Below, piece after piece: positions 16,324 through 25,895 of a DNA stretch of 32,000 nucleotides. Positions within the stretch are counted from its first letter, which is position 1; each line of letters opens with the position of its first letter. Both the position numbers and the translations under genes were made by a program. The notes under the pieces were generated by a model. The model ran no database searches. It was not told the origin of the DNA and saw only the letters and a list, made by a program, of their open reading frames with translations. The stretch covers positions 1,620,001 to 1,652,000 of the forward strand of contig FP565575.1 of NCBI GenBank assembly GCA_000091165.1, given 5' to 3'. Origin of the DNA: Candidatus Methylomirabilis oxygeniifera. GTDB lineage: Bacteria; Methylomirabilota; Methylomirabilia; Methylomirabilales; Methylomirabilaceae.

Positions 16324-17583
16324 ATGGATAGATTGGCGATGAGAATCTCGAAACTATCTGCACTGCTTGCTCTATTCGTATGTTCGATGAGTACGCCTAT
16401 TTTTGCTGAATCCCAGACTGCAACTCCTCCACGAATGCTCTCGCTGGCCGACGCCTTACAGATCGCAGGGCAACATAACCCCGGTCTGCTGACAGAGACG
16501 ACAGCTAAGCAGATTGCACGTGGAAATGCTGCCACCGCCGCGCTGCTCTCTAATCCACAGGTTCTGCTCAGATCTGAAGGGTTTCGCGGGGGCTCATTTG
16601 TGGATCGACAGGAGCTCTTTTTTGAGGTCAGCCAGGAGATTCAGACAGCCGGTAAGCGCTCCCAGCGAATAGCCGTCGCAGGGGCGAATCTTCGCGCGAC
16701 CGAAGCCGACGTCGACAATACGGCCCGCCTTCTCAGGTTCGCGGTCAAGCAGGCGTATTTCCAGATCGTCCTGGCCAAGGCCGATCTTGCCGTGGCCCGC
16801 GACCTGCTGACCGACTTCGACCGGACTATTCGCTCCAAGGAGGAGCAGTTCCGGCTCGGAGAGATTTCCGGAGCGGAGCTGAGGCGTGTGCAGGTTGAGC
16901 GCTTCAGGGTGTTCGACGACGTCGTCGCCGGAGAGCTGAATCTCAAGCAGGCCAGAGCCTCGCTGCTCACGCTGCTCGGCCACCATGACTCGACATTCGA
17001 ATTTGATGTCACCGAATATCTCGTCAAAGGTGAACCTGTCGGCGGTCTGGCGCCATTGCATGTCGAGGCGCTGCAGAGCCGCCCGGACCTTAAAGCCCAG
17101 CATCAGCGGATCGACCGGGCTCGTGAACAGACCAGGCTCGAACAGGCGCAGCGCTTCCCGGATCTGTTTCCCTTCGTAGGCTACAAGCGGAACTTCAGTG
17201 AGGACAGCGTATTATTTGGCGTCTCGGCCCCCCTACCCCTCTTTAATAGAAATCAGGGAGGCGTCGTTCGGGCTCAGGGGGAAGAGGAGCGAGAAGCGTT
17301 CCAGCTCAGGCGGATTGAGGCCCAGGCGCTCCTGGAGGTCGATCAGGCTTTTAACAGGTTTGAGAGTGAACGCCGGCGTCTCGAAGGACTGGAAACCGAA
17401 TATCTGCCCAAGGCCCGCGAATCGCGGGAGATTGCCGAGGCTGCGCACAAGCTGGGAGCTATCGATTTGACGGCGTTTCTGGATGCGCAGCGGACCTTCC
17501 GTGAGGTCCAACGGCTCTACAACCGCTCCCTGTACGAACTGAGCATCGCCAGATTTCAAGTCGAAGCGGCCGTCGGCCGCTAG
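16324..17583 (+). CDS. TolC-like outer-membrane protein of an HME-RND efflux system (CzcC/CusC-like)
   Basis: Signal peptide, TolC-family repeats (SLADALQIAGQHNPGLL..., LEAVARLAL-like VDQAFNRFESERRRLEGLETEYLPKARESREIAEAAHKLGAIDLTAFLDAQRTFREVQRLYN); operon with MFP and RND genes. Confidence 0.9.
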   Translation: MDRLAMRISKLSALLALFVCSMSTPIFAESQTATPPRMLSLADALQIAGQHNPGLLTETTAKQIARGNAATAALLSNPQVLLRSEGFRGGSFVDRQELFFEVSQEIQTAGKRSQRIAVAGANLRATEADVDNTARLLRFAVKQAYFQIVLAKADLAVARDLLTDFDRTIRSKEEQFRLGEISGAELRRVQVERFRVFDDVVAGELNLKQARASLLTLLGHHDSTFEFDVTEYLVKGEPVGGLAPLHVEALQSRPDLKAQHQRIDRAREQTRLEQAQRFPDLFPFVGYKRNFSEDSVLFGVSAPLPLFNRNQGGVVRAQGEEEREAFQLRRIEAQALLEVDQAFNRFESERRRLEGLETEYLPKARESREIAEAAHKLGAIDLTAFLDAQRTFREVQRLYNRSLYELSIARFQVEAAVGR

Positions 17584-17595
17584 GGGCATACGATA

Positions 17596-18858
17596 ATGGT
17601 CTATCTATTAGTTGGGCTCGCACGTCGCGTTACTTTTTTACCGATCGTCATTGTTGCCGTCGCCATACTGGGCGCTTGCAGCCGCGCCCCAGAACAAAAA
17701 CCGGCAGCGCCCGCGAGTAAACCTGAGCCGGACACGGTCACGATTTCGACCGAGGCTCAGGTTAGGTTCGGCTTTGCCGTCGCCCGGCCGCAGCGGATAA
17801 CGCCGGTCCGATTCATTGAAGCCACAGCCGCCATCGCGCCGGATCCGGCGCGCGTAAGCCACATCGCGCCGATCGCCAAGGGGCGAATCGAACGAGTCTA
17901 TGTGCAGGTCGGCGATGCCGTGAACCAGGGGACCCCCCTTTTCGGGTACGACAACATCGAACTGGGGGAGGCCATTGGGGACTATCGGGGTGAGCTGGCC
18001 GAGTTGCAGAAGGACCTCGCCCTCATGGAACACCACCGGGAGATGTGGGAACGTGCCAAGTTGCTGTTGGAAAAAGAGGCGATAGCCCGCAAAGAGGTCC
18101 ACATACGAGAAACGGAGTACCTGGTGGAAAAAGCAGCGGTCGAGAGCCGGTACGCCAGGATTGCCAGGGCGAGGGAGAAGTTGATTCGCTTCGGGATGAC
18201 GAATGAGCAGATCGAGGGTCTGGTGAACAGGCAAGAGCGCGCTCTGCCCCCTGAAACCTCGCACACAATTGTCAGAGCGCCGATCAGCGGTGTCATCATC
18301 AAGCGAGAGGGGGCGCCTGGCGAGGTGGTCGGGCCCGAAAAAGAACTATTGGCGATCGCCGACCTCACGAGTATCTGGACGCTGGTGGACATTTATGAGA
18401 AGGACCTGGGCCAAGTTCGACGTGGGACGGCCGCAGAAATCAACGTTGAGGCGTACCCGGGCGAAACCTTTCGCGGCACCATCAGCTACGTCAGTGATCT
18501 CCTCGATCCCGACACGCGGACAGCCAAGGCGCGAGTGGAGATCCCCAACCCTCAACGCAAATTGAAGCTCGGAATGTTCGCGACCGTCAGGCTTCGGGCC
18601 CGGGTTGCCGATGGAACAGAGGCGGTGACGGCGATTCCCTCAACGGCCATTCAACAGATCGATGGACAGCCGTCGGTATTTGTCAAACTTAACCCGACAA
18701 CCTTTCAGCGACGGAAGGTGAAGCTTGGCCCTGCATCGGGGGACCTCGTTGAGATTGCCGAAGGCCTGAAAGAGGACGAACAACTGGTGACAACGGGCAG
18801 TTTCACACTGAAATCCGAGTTCCTCAAGGAACAACTCGCTCAGGGGGAGGGTCAATAA
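17596..18858 (+). CDS. periplasmic adaptor (membrane fusion) protein, CzcB/CusB-like
   Basis: Lipobox-like LGACS; GRIERVYVQVGDAVNQGTPLF, VRAPISGVIIKREGAPGEVVGPEKELLAIADLTSIWTLVDIYEKDLGQVRRGTAAEI. Confidence 0.92.
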   Translation: MVYLLVGLARRVTFLPIVIVAVAILGACSRAPEQKPAAPASKPEPDTVTISTEAQVRFGFAVARPQRITPVRFIEATAAIAPDPARVSHIAPIAKGRIERVYVQVGDAVNQGTPLFGYDNIELGEAIGDYRGELAELQKDLALMEHHREMWERAKLLLEKEAIARKEVHIRETEYLVEKAAVESRYARIARAREKLIRFGMTNEQIEGLVNRQERALPPETSHTIVRAPISGVIIKREGAPGEVVGPEKELLAIADLTSIWTLVDIYEKDLGQVRRGTAAEINVEAYPGETFRGTISYVSDLLDPDTRTAKARVEIPNPQRKLKLGMFATVRLRARVADGTEAVTAIPSTAIQQIDGQPSVFVKLNPTTFQRRKVKLGPASGDLVEIAEGLKEDEQLVTTGSFTLKSEFLKEQLAQGEGQ

Positions 18859-18876
18859 TCCCCGGAAGGATCTTTC

Positions 18877-21800
18877 ATGCTCCAGCGTATTTTTGAGCTG
18901 TCTCTGGAGAACCGGTTTCTTGTTCTGATCCTCACCGGTCTCCTTATCCTGGTGGGCATTGTCGCCTTGCGTGACCTGCCGATCGACGCCGTCCCGGACG
19001 TCACGACGGTGCAGGTTCAGATTCTGACCAAGACGGCGCCGATGGGTCCGGTAGAGGTAGAGCGCTATGTCACCTTCCCGATTGAGGCGGCCATGAGCGG
19101 CCTGCCGGATTTGGAAGAACTGCGCTCGGTGAGTCGATTCGGTCTGTCGGCCGTGACCGCGGTGTTCAAGGACCACGTCAACGTCTACTTTGCCCGGCAA
19201 CTGGTGGCCGAACGGCTGGCAACCGCCAAAGAACAGATTCCCTCCGGCTTCGGGACGCCTGAACTCGCGCCGGTCACGACGGGGCTGGGCGAGGTGTATC
19301 AGTTCGTGGTCAAGGGCGAAGGGTATACGCCGATGCAACTGCGCGAGATTCTCGATTGGCAGATCGCCTACAGGCTGCGCGCGGTCCCTGGCGTCGTAGA
19401 GGTCTCGCAATGGGGCGGGTATGCGAAGCAGTACCACGTGGTTGTAGACCAGAGAAAACTTGTCTCATATCGAATTCCTATCGGTCGGGTGTTTGAGGAG
19501 CTTGAGAAGAATAACGCCATCGCCGGCGGCGGTTATATCGAGCACAACAGCGAGGCCTATGTGATTCGAGGCGAGGGACTGGTTGAAACTCAGGAGGACC
19601 TCTCTCGCATCTTGGTCGGTACCGGACCGGGCGGCACACCCATTACAATGGCGCAACTGGGTCAGGTGAAAATCGACAGCATGCCGCGGATCGGCGCTGC
19701 CACGCAGGACGGCGTCGGTGAAACGGTCGTCGCTATGGCGCTGATGCTTCGCGGCGGCAACGGCCGCGTCGTAGCCGAGCGGATTAAAGACGAGGTCGAG
19801 CGGATGAAGCCGAGTCTGCCGCCCGGGGTCTTCATTGAGCCATACTACGACCGATCAGACCTTGTGAACAAGGTCATCCGAACCGTCACCACCAATCTGA
19901 TCGAGGGGGCGCTCTTGGTAATCGCGGTGTTGCTCCTCTTGCTCGGCAACCTCCGAGGCGCTCTGATCGTCGCCGCAGCGATCCCTCTTTCGATGCTGGT
20001 GGCCTTCACGGGAATGGTCCAGACAGGGATCTCAGGCAACCTCATGAGCCTGGGCGCGATCGATTTCGGACTGATCGTGGACGGCACGGTGGTGATGATT
20101 GAAAATATCGTCCGGCATCTGGCGGAAGCGCGAGGGGTGCGGAAAGCGGAACGTCCCCTCATTATCCTCCGAGCCGGGCGGGAGGTCCTGCGGCCGATCT
20201 TCTTCGCCGTCAGCATTATCGTCATCGTCTACCTGCCGATTCTCACATTACAGGGCGTCGAGGGGAAGATGTTCAAGCCGATGGCGTTCACGGTCATCTT
20301 CGCGCTCCTCGGATCGCTGATCTTGTCGTTCACCCTCATGCCGGTCCTGGCTTCGCTGTTTCTGCGAGGACCGATTGCTGAGGGCGATTCGTGGCTGCTG
20401 CGCCGGGTCAAGATCCTGTACCTGCCGCGACTGGCTTGGTGCGTCCATCACCCGAAGATGACGGCCCTTGTTGCGGCATCGGCCTTTACCCTCAGCCTCG
20501 TGTTTGTACCGTTCCTGGGCGGGGAGTTCATTCCGCAACTCGATGAGGGTGACCTGGTGTTGCAAACCTGGCGTCTACCGAGTACTGCCTTGAACCAATC
20601 CATCAAGGACTCCCTTGAAATTGAACGTGCCCTCCTCCGTTTTCCTGAGGTGCGACAGGTCGTGTCGAGGATCGGGTCGCCGGAAATCGCGACCGACGTC
20701 ATGGGAATGGACATGTCCGATGTCTTCGTGGCCCTCCGACCGCCGCGGGCGTGGAAGACCGGCATGACCAAAGAGCAGTTGATCGACCAGCTTGCCGCAG
20801 CCCTCGCGTCTGAGGTTCCCGGCGTGGGGATCAGCTTTACCCAGCCCATCGAGATGCGTTTCAATGAATTGATCGCCGGCATCAAATCCGATCTTGGACT
20901 CAAGATTTTCGGTGACGATCTCAAGATTCTCAAGGAAAAAGGGGACCAGGCGGCCCACATTCTGCGACAGATCCGTGGGGGCGAGGATGTCCGGGTCGAG
21001 CAGGTGGCCGGCCTCCCGGCGCTGCGGATCCAGGTCGACCGGCGACGAATCGCCAGATACGGAATCAACACAGCGGATGTCCTAGCCGCTGTGGAGGCTG
21101 CCGGCGCCGGGAGGGTGGTAGGAACGGTCTTTGAGGGGCAGCGGCGATTTCCTCTGGTCGTTCGAGCGGTCGGCAGCGGCCGTACTGATCTGCCTTCTTT
21201 CCAGGACCTGCCCGTTGCCGCCCCAAATGGCGCCCTCATCCCTCTTGCGCAACTGGCCTCCGTCAACATCGAGGAGGGTCCGGCCCAAGTGAGCCGTGAA
21301 GATATCAGTCGGCGGATCGTCGTAGAAGCCAATGTCAGAGGTCGCGACCTGAGCTCGTTTGTACGCGAGGCGCAAGACCGAATTGCCAAAGAACTCACGC
21401 TGCCTCCTGGCTATCATATTAAGTGGGGCGGGCAATTCGAAAACCTGGCGCGGGCAACCAGTCGCCTCGCCATCGTCGTTCCTCTCTCGCTGTGCCTGAT
21501 CTTTGTCCTGCTGTACACCACCTTCAATGCAGTCCGACCCGCCCTGCTGATCTTTTTGAACGTTCCACTGGCGGTAACTGGGGGAGTTCTCGCATTGGCC
21601 TTACGCGGACTACCGTTCAGCATCTCTGCGGGAGTGGGTTTCATTGCCCTGTTCGGCGTCGCCGTCCTGAACGGCGTGGTACTAATGAGTTACATCCTAC
21701 ACCTTCGCGAGGAGGGGCTCTCGGCGAGCGATGCCGCGTTTAAGGCCGCCGAGATCCGTCTGCGGCCGGTCTTGATGACCGCCCTTGTCGCCGGCCTCGG

Positions 21801-21960
21801 GTTTATTCCGATGGCGCTGTCCCATGGCATCGGCGCCGAGGTCCAACGTCCGCTGGCTACCGTCGTCATCGGCGGCCTCGTCACATCCACCCTACTGACA
21901 CTCTTCGTCCTCCCGAGCCTCTATCGCTGGTTTGAACGTGAACCCGCAGACGCCGCCTAA
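18877..21960 (+). CDS. heavy-metal efflux RND transporter, CzcA/CnrA-type
   Basis: 1027 aa; MLQRIFELSLENRFLVLILTGLL, VTFPIEAAMSGLPDLEELRSVSRFGLSAVTAVFKD, GAIDFGLIVDGTVVMIEN (DxxxDxxxxxE pattern typical of divalent-cation HME-RND pumps). Confidence 0.95.
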   Translation: MLQRIFELSLENRFLVLILTGLLILVGIVALRDLPIDAVPDVTTVQVQILTKTAPMGPVEVERYVTFPIEAAMSGLPDLEELRSVSRFGLSAVTAVFKDHVNVYFARQLVAERLATAKEQIPSGFGTPELAPVTTGLGEVYQFVVKGEGYTPMQLREILDWQIAYRLRAVPGVVEVSQWGGYAKQYHVVVDQRKLVSYRIPIGRVFEELEKNNAIAGGGYIEHNSEAYVIRGEGLVETQEDLSRILVGTGPGGTPITMAQLGQVKIDSMPRIGAATQDGVGETVVAMALMLRGGNGRVVAERIKDEVERMKPSLPPGVFIEPYYDRSDLVNKVIRTVTTNLIEGALLVIAVLLLLLGNLRGALIVAAAIPLSMLVAFTGMVQTGISGNLMSLGAIDFGLIVDGTVVMIENIVRHLAEARGVRKAERPLIILRAGREVLRPIFFAVSIIVIVYLPILTLQGVEGKMFKPMAFTVIFALLGSLILSFTLMPVLASLFLRGPIAEGDSWLLRRVKILYLPRLAWCVHHPKMTALVAASAFTLSLVFVPFLGGEFIPQLDEGDLVLQTWRLPSTALNQSIKDSLEIERALLRFPEVRQVVSRIGSPEIATDVMGMDMSDVFVALRPPRAWKTGMTKEQLIDQLAAALASEVPGVGISFTQPIEMRFNELIAGIKSDLGLKIFGDDLKILKEKGDQAAHILRQIRGGEDVRVEQVAGLPALRIQVDRRRIARYGINTADVLAAVEAAGAGRVVGTVFEGQRRFPLVVRAVGSGRTDLPSFQDLPVAAPNGALIPLAQLASVNIEEGPAQVSREDISRRIVVEANVRGRDLSSFVREAQDRIAKELTLPPGYHIKWGGQFENLARATSRLAIVVPLSLCLIFVLLYTTFNAVRPALLIFLNVPLAVTGGVLALALRGLPFSISAGVGFIALFGVAVLNGVVLMSYILHLREEGLSASDAAFKAAEIRLRPVLMTALVAGLGFIPMALSHGIGAEVQRPLATVVIGGLVTSTLLTLFVLPSLYRWFEREPADAA

Positions 21961-22019
21961 TCCTCCGAGATATTTGTTAAATCCACTGAAGGTTCATTCC
22001 CCGCGGCTTGCCGCGAGTT

Positions 22020-22085
22020 CGTCATACCGGCGAAAGCCGGTATCCAGAAGGCCCCACTGGATTCCGTGTCAAGCACGGAATGACG
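22020..22085. repeat. REP/MITE-like double-hairpin element
   Basis: Terminal CGTCAT (22020-22025) / ATGACG (22080-22085); inner hairpins ATACCGGC-gaaa-GCCGGTAT and ATTCCGTG-tcaag-CACGGAAT. Confidence 0.75.
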
Positions 22086-22230
22086 GGCCAGAACAGAAGA
22101 CGATACCCAGCGGTTTGCCGAGGGGTCGTTCATTCTTTTTCGCTTGACAGCAGTAATCAGGCTTCGATAGCCTACAAATAGTTGGGAAACAGGCCAAAAC
22201 CGGTAGGCGAAACAGGGTGTATATCCTAAC

Positions 22231-22566
22231 ATGCAAAGATTACATCAAAAGTCCGTAATTCGCCTGCGCCTCAAAACCTTGGCGGCTGCGTCGTTCGGCT
22301 TTTATCTGCTTCTCAACGCCTTCCTCACGCACTGCCTCATCAACCCTCACAACGCACACTTACAAGGCCAAGCCACTACTAGTCCTCTCGCCTCGCTCTG
22401 TGCGTGGGTCCATAAGACCGTTTCGCCTCATACGCCATCAGTCGGATTGATTCTGCCCATAATTGCGGCGGCTCTGTTCATCGTGGCGGCGCCCCTGCAG
22501 CGCTCTTCCCAATTCCAACCCATCAAGCCTATCGGTCGGTCCCCGCCCCAGCTCTGCTTCGTGTAA
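22231..22566 (+). CDS. small membrane protein, paralogue A
   Basis: 111 aa; FYLLLNAFLTHCLINPHNAHLQGQ...LCAWVHKTVSPHTPSVGLILP...IGRSPPQLCFV; clearly similar to the ORF at 26248..26613. Confidence 0.78.
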   Translation: MQRLHQKSVIRLRLKTLAAASFGFYLLLNAFLTHCLINPHNAHLQGQATTSPLASLCAWVHKTVSPHTPSVGLILPIIAAALFIVAAPLQRSSQFQPIKPIGRSPPQLCFV

Positions 22567-22685
22567 TCCCTTTCAACCGACGGCTTCGCCGTCTACCAAG
22601 CACTGATAGCAGTTAGAGATTTTTCGGGCGACGCATCAACACATTCAGTATCGTAGCCCTGTTTGCTGGTTAATAAGTCTCCCGT

Positions 22686-22776
22686 GTCATTGCGAGGCGA
22701 AGCCGAAGCAATCTCGCAGTCCTCCAGAACAACAACGATGAGATTGCCGCGCTCCCTTCAGTTGCTCGCAATAACG
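22686..22776. repeat. REP-like imperfect palindromic element
   Basis: GTCATTGCGAG...GCAATCTC / GAGATTGC...CTCGCAATAAC(G), inverted arms across about 90 bp; a type of dispersed intergenic repeat seen in many genomes. Confidence 0.6.
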
Positions 22777-22846
22777 GGTCAGTGAGTGGCGTAGTCTCGG
22801 GGCAAACGTTCATGTCGGGATCGTAAGTCCACATTCGGGAGGGAAG

Positions 22847-23833
22847 ATGATGCGTCAACGAACCGGTTGGCTCAGTATACGCTTATTGTTATTAGGTATT
22901 GCCGTTGTGATCGCGTTGCCGACCGCCGGGTGGGCTCACGGCGTCGTAGGCAAGCGGTGGTTCCCGTCTACGTTGGCAGTCGAAGACCCGTTCGTCTCTG
23001 ACGAGTTAAGTACCGTGGTTGAACACATTAGAGACCCTCACGCCCTGGAGACTGAGATCGAGATGGAGCTGACCAAGCGGCTGACCCCGAATCTGGCGAT
23101 TGGGATCGGCGGCACACGCAGCATCATCAGACCTCGCGGTGGACACGGCGAAGAAGGCGAAGAACATGAGCATGGAGAGGCGACCGGAACGTCTCATGGC
23201 TGGCAAAATCCGGAGTTTATGCTCCGCTACCAGTTCATTCGGGACCCGATGCGAGAGCTGGCCGCTACTGCTGCTATCAATGTATCGCCTGGCGGCGTCG
23301 GTAACAGGAGTGTCGGCAGGCTCTCCGGGACTACCGTCAGCCCGGCCATTCAGATCGGCAAGGGATTTGGCGATCTCCCGGACTGGGCCGACTGGTTCAA
23401 GCCGGTTGCGGTGACCACATCGGTCGGTTTCGACCTGCGCACGAATCGCAACGATAGAGAAGAAGACGCCCAGCACGCCTTCGCCTGGGGAGTCACCATG
23501 ATGTACAGTGTTCCGTATCTGCAGTCGTTTGTGAAAGACGTCGGACTTCCTTGGCCGTTCAACCGCGTGTTCCCCATCGTGGAGTTCAATGGGGAAACCC
23601 TCATCAGCGGACCCGAGAAGGGAAGCCACACCGCCTTTGCGAACCCCGGGCTGATCTGGGCGGGGCGGTACATGCAACTCGGAGTCGAGGCGAAAATTCC
23701 CTTAAACAACACATCAGGCAGCAGCGTCGGAGTGTTAGGGATGGTTCATTTCTTCCTCGACGATATCGCGCCTGATATCTTTACGTGGACACCGTTCCAT
23801 GGCGTCTTGGGACCGCAAACACTGCCGAGATAG
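22847..23833 (+). CDS. outer-membrane beta-barrel-like hypothetical protein with His/Glu-rich loop
   Basis: Signal peptide ending AGWA|HG; PRGGHGEEGEEHEHGEATGTSHGW; alternating beta-like C-terminal half; precedes copC. Confidence 0.75.
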   Translation: MMRQRTGWLSIRLLLLGIAVVIALPTAGWAHGVVGKRWFPSTLAVEDPFVSDELSTVVEHIRDPHALETEIEMELTKRLTPNLAIGIGGTRSIIRPRGGHGEEGEEHEHGEATGTSHGWQNPEFMLRYQFIRDPMRELAATAAINVSPGGVGNRSVGRLSGTTVSPAIQIGKGFGDLPDWADWFKPVAVTTSVGFDLRTNRNDREEDAQHAFAWGVTMMYSVPYLQSFVKDVGLPWPFNRVFPIVEFNGETLISGPEKGSHTAFANPGLIWAGRYMQLGVEAKIPLNNTSGSSVGVLGMVHFFLDDIAPDIFTWTPFHGVLGPQTLPR

Positions 23834-23840
23834 CCGGTCG

Positions 23841-24212
23841 ATGGGACCATGGAGCAGCTCTACGGCTTTCGTGATAGGACTGCTCCTGACGGCGACATCG
23901 GCCTGGGGCCATTCCTTCCCAGACCACTCGGAACCGCGAGTGGGGTGGACGGTCACCAAGCCGCCCGCTCAGGTCAGGATCTGGTTCGACGTACCCATTG
24001 AGCCGATCTTCAGCGCCATCAAGGTGGTCGACGTGAACGGGCAGCAGGTGGATAAACAAGACGGACGCGTGAATCCAGCGGACCACACGGTCTTGGAGGT
24101 AAGCCTTCCATCGCTTCCACCCGGAAAATATCGGGTGTTCTGGCAAGTCATTTCGATCGACACTCACCGCACCGAAGGCGACTATCCGTTTACCATTGGG
24201 GCGAGCCCATGA
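23841..24212 (+). CDS. copC: CopC-domain copper-resistance/copper-binding protein
   Basis: Start set at ATG 23841 after the upstream stop (23831-23833). Signal peptide ...TSAWG|HSFPDHSEP, IKVVDVNGQQVD, LPPGKYRVFWQVISIDTHRTEGDYPFTI. Confidence 0.9.
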   Translation: MGPWSSSTAFVIGLLLTATSAWGHSFPDHSEPRVGWTVTKPPAQVRIWFDVPIEPIFSAIKVVDVNGQQVDKQDGRVNPADHTVLEVSLPSLPPGKYRVFWQVISIDTHRTEGDYPFTIGASP

Positions 24213-25405
24213 CCGACCTGCAGACCATGCTGCCGATCATCGTCCGCTACCTGGGGTTTGTGAGTCTCACGATGTTGGTCGGCGGCTTCGGCTTTGTGTG
24301 CTTGATCCTTCCGCCACGCCTATTATCCCGCGAGGGTTACCAGATCCTGGATCGACATCTTAGTCGGGTACAAGCCGTCTCGATCCTGATTGTGACGCTT
24401 ACGAGCGTAGCCGATCTGATCTTGAGAACCCTAGCGATGAGCGGCGGGAGCCAGGCCACATTGGGCCTCGCCCTTCCGTTGGTTCTTCAGCATACCCACT
24501 TCGGGACGGTGTGGATCATCAGAACCTTCCTGCTGGGGCTGTTGGGCGCGGCCTGGTGGCTCCGGCTGCAGGGGGCGGCCGCACCCTCGCGGTTCGCCTG
24601 GATTGCCGCGATCCCCCGCGTAGGACTGTCAGGCATGACCTGGTGGCTCAGGCTGCTGGGGACGACCGCCAGCCCACAGTTCGCGTGGGCCTCCTTCTTT
24701 GGCGCCTGCTTCGTGGCCCTCACCACGACCCTCTCAGGCCACGCGGCCGACTGGGGCGATCTGGCGGTTCCAGTACTGGTCGACTGGGTTCACCTCATCG
24801 CGATCTCGATCTGGATCGGCGGGCTGTTCACTTTCGGGTTCGTCCTCAAACGTTCCTTGGCGGCGCCGGGCGCGGAGGAGATGGTACGCGCACTCTCGTC
24901 AATCGCCCGGCTTTTCTCCAGGATAGCGGCCGCCTGTGTGGCCGTCTTTCTGCTGACAGGACTCTACAGCACCTGGTTGCAGGTGGGCGCCCTCTCACCC
25001 CTTGTCACCAGTCCATATGGGTGGACTCTTCTGGTGAAGCTGGCGGTTGTGGTACTGATCCTGGCAATCGCGGCGGTCAACCGACTCTACTTTCTTACCC
25101 GGTTAGGACCAAGCGCGACCACTCACGGTCGATTGGCCTTCAGAACAATCCGACGCGTCGGCGGCAATCCACGAGCAGCCAACGAGACCGGAGACGACCG
25201 GCGGATCCGATACCGGTTTTCCCGGTTTGTCCGGCTGGAGTGGATCATGGTAATGATCACGCTGGCCTGTTCAGCGCTTCTCACCCAACTGATGCCGGCC
25301 CGTCATGTACGTCATCTCGAACATCTCAAGCAACATCAGCACAGCGGTAGCCATCCGTCGGCGCACGACACCCCGATAGCAATGCTACCATCAGCGCGAG
25401 AGTAG
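24209..25405 (+). CDS. copD: CopD-family copper resistance/uptake membrane protein
   Basis: Multi-pass membrane protein; HAADWGDLAVPVLVDWVHLIAISIWIGGLFTFGFVL, LYSTWLQVGALSPLVTSPYGWTLLVKLAVVVLILAIAAVNRL; 4-nt overlap with copC. Confidence 0.92.
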   Translation: MTDLQTMLPIIVRYLGFVSLTMLVGGFGFVCLILPPRLLSREGYQILDRHLSRVQAVSILIVTLTSVADLILRTLAMSGGSQATLGLALPLVLQHTHFGTVWIIRTFLLGLLGAAWWLRLQGAAAPSRFAWIAAIPRVGLSGMTWWLRLLGTTASPQFAWASFFGACFVALTTTLSGHAADWGDLAVPVLVDWVHLIAISIWIGGLFTFGFVLKRSLAAPGAEEMVRALSSIARLFSRIAAACVAVFLLTGLYSTWLQVGALSPLVTSPYGWTLLVKLAVVVLILAIAAVNRLYFLTRLGPSATTHGRLAFRTIRRVGGNPRAANETGDDRRIRYRFSRFVRLEWIMVMITLACSALLTQLMPARHVRHLEHLKQHQHSGSHPSAHDTPIAMLPSARE

Positions 25406-25409
25406 GTGC

Positions 25410-25712
25410 GTGTTGACAGTGAACCGGCCTCGCGTACAACACATCAAAGCGCTGGCCCTCGTCCTGGCCCTTTTGCTGTTCGTGTTCGGGGCCGCGCAGC
25501 ACTCGGCCCACCATCTCAGTCATCTCAACCAGCCGATCCAGTGCGTGGTTTGCTCGGCCTCAGCACATCTGGCCGGGGTCGCGGTCGAGTCTGTGGCCAT
25601 CGAGAAACCGGCTCTGCTCTTGGAGTTCGTTCCCGGAACCCGCTTTACCGATCCTTCTATCGCTTGTCTCAGTCCTGCCCACGGACGCGCTCCTCCTTCT
25701 TTTACTGCCTGA
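25410..25712 (+). CDS. small membrane-anchored His/Cys-containing protein (DUF2946-like architecture)
   Basis: GTG start 4 nt after copD; TM segment ALALVLALLLFVFGAAQ, HSAHHLSHLNQPIQCVVCSASAH, C-terminal GRAPPSFTA. Confidence 0.7.
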   Translation: MLTVNRPRVQHIKALALVLALLLFVFGAAQHSAHHLSHLNQPIQCVVCSASAHLAGVAVESVAIEKPALLLEFVPGTRFTDPSIACLSPAHGRAPPSFTA

Positions 25713-25736
25713 ACTTCACGTCATTCCTTAGACAAT

Positions 25737-25838
25737 AGCGTTCAGCAGTCAGCCTCAGGCCCTCACCCCCGTCCCCTCTCCCAGTGGGAGAGGGAGGCCG
25801 AAGGCTGGGTGAGGGGAGTATGGGCTATGCTGAACGCT
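25737..25838. repeat. nested-palindrome MITE/REP-like element
   Basis: Three nested perfect inverted repeats: AGCGTTCAGC/GCTGAACGCT (25737-25746/25829-25838), CCCTCACCC/GGGTGAGGG (25760-25768/25807-25815), CCCTCTCCC/GGGAGAGGG (25774-25782/25786-25794). Confidence 0.85.
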
Positions 25839-25895
25839 GAAAGCTGATCACTTAGGCAGAATTGCATTGACGAGTCATTGGGAGGAGTCACAGCC

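Noticed and set aside
20448-21398. Long antisense ORF (316 aa, minus strand)
   Set aside because: Shadow frame of the CzcA-like gene; low-complexity Ser/Arg/Thr composition and no domain.
22579-22593. GACGGCttcGCCGTC hairpin as a terminator for paralogue A
   Set aside because: Short stem and no T tract follows; not strong enough to call.
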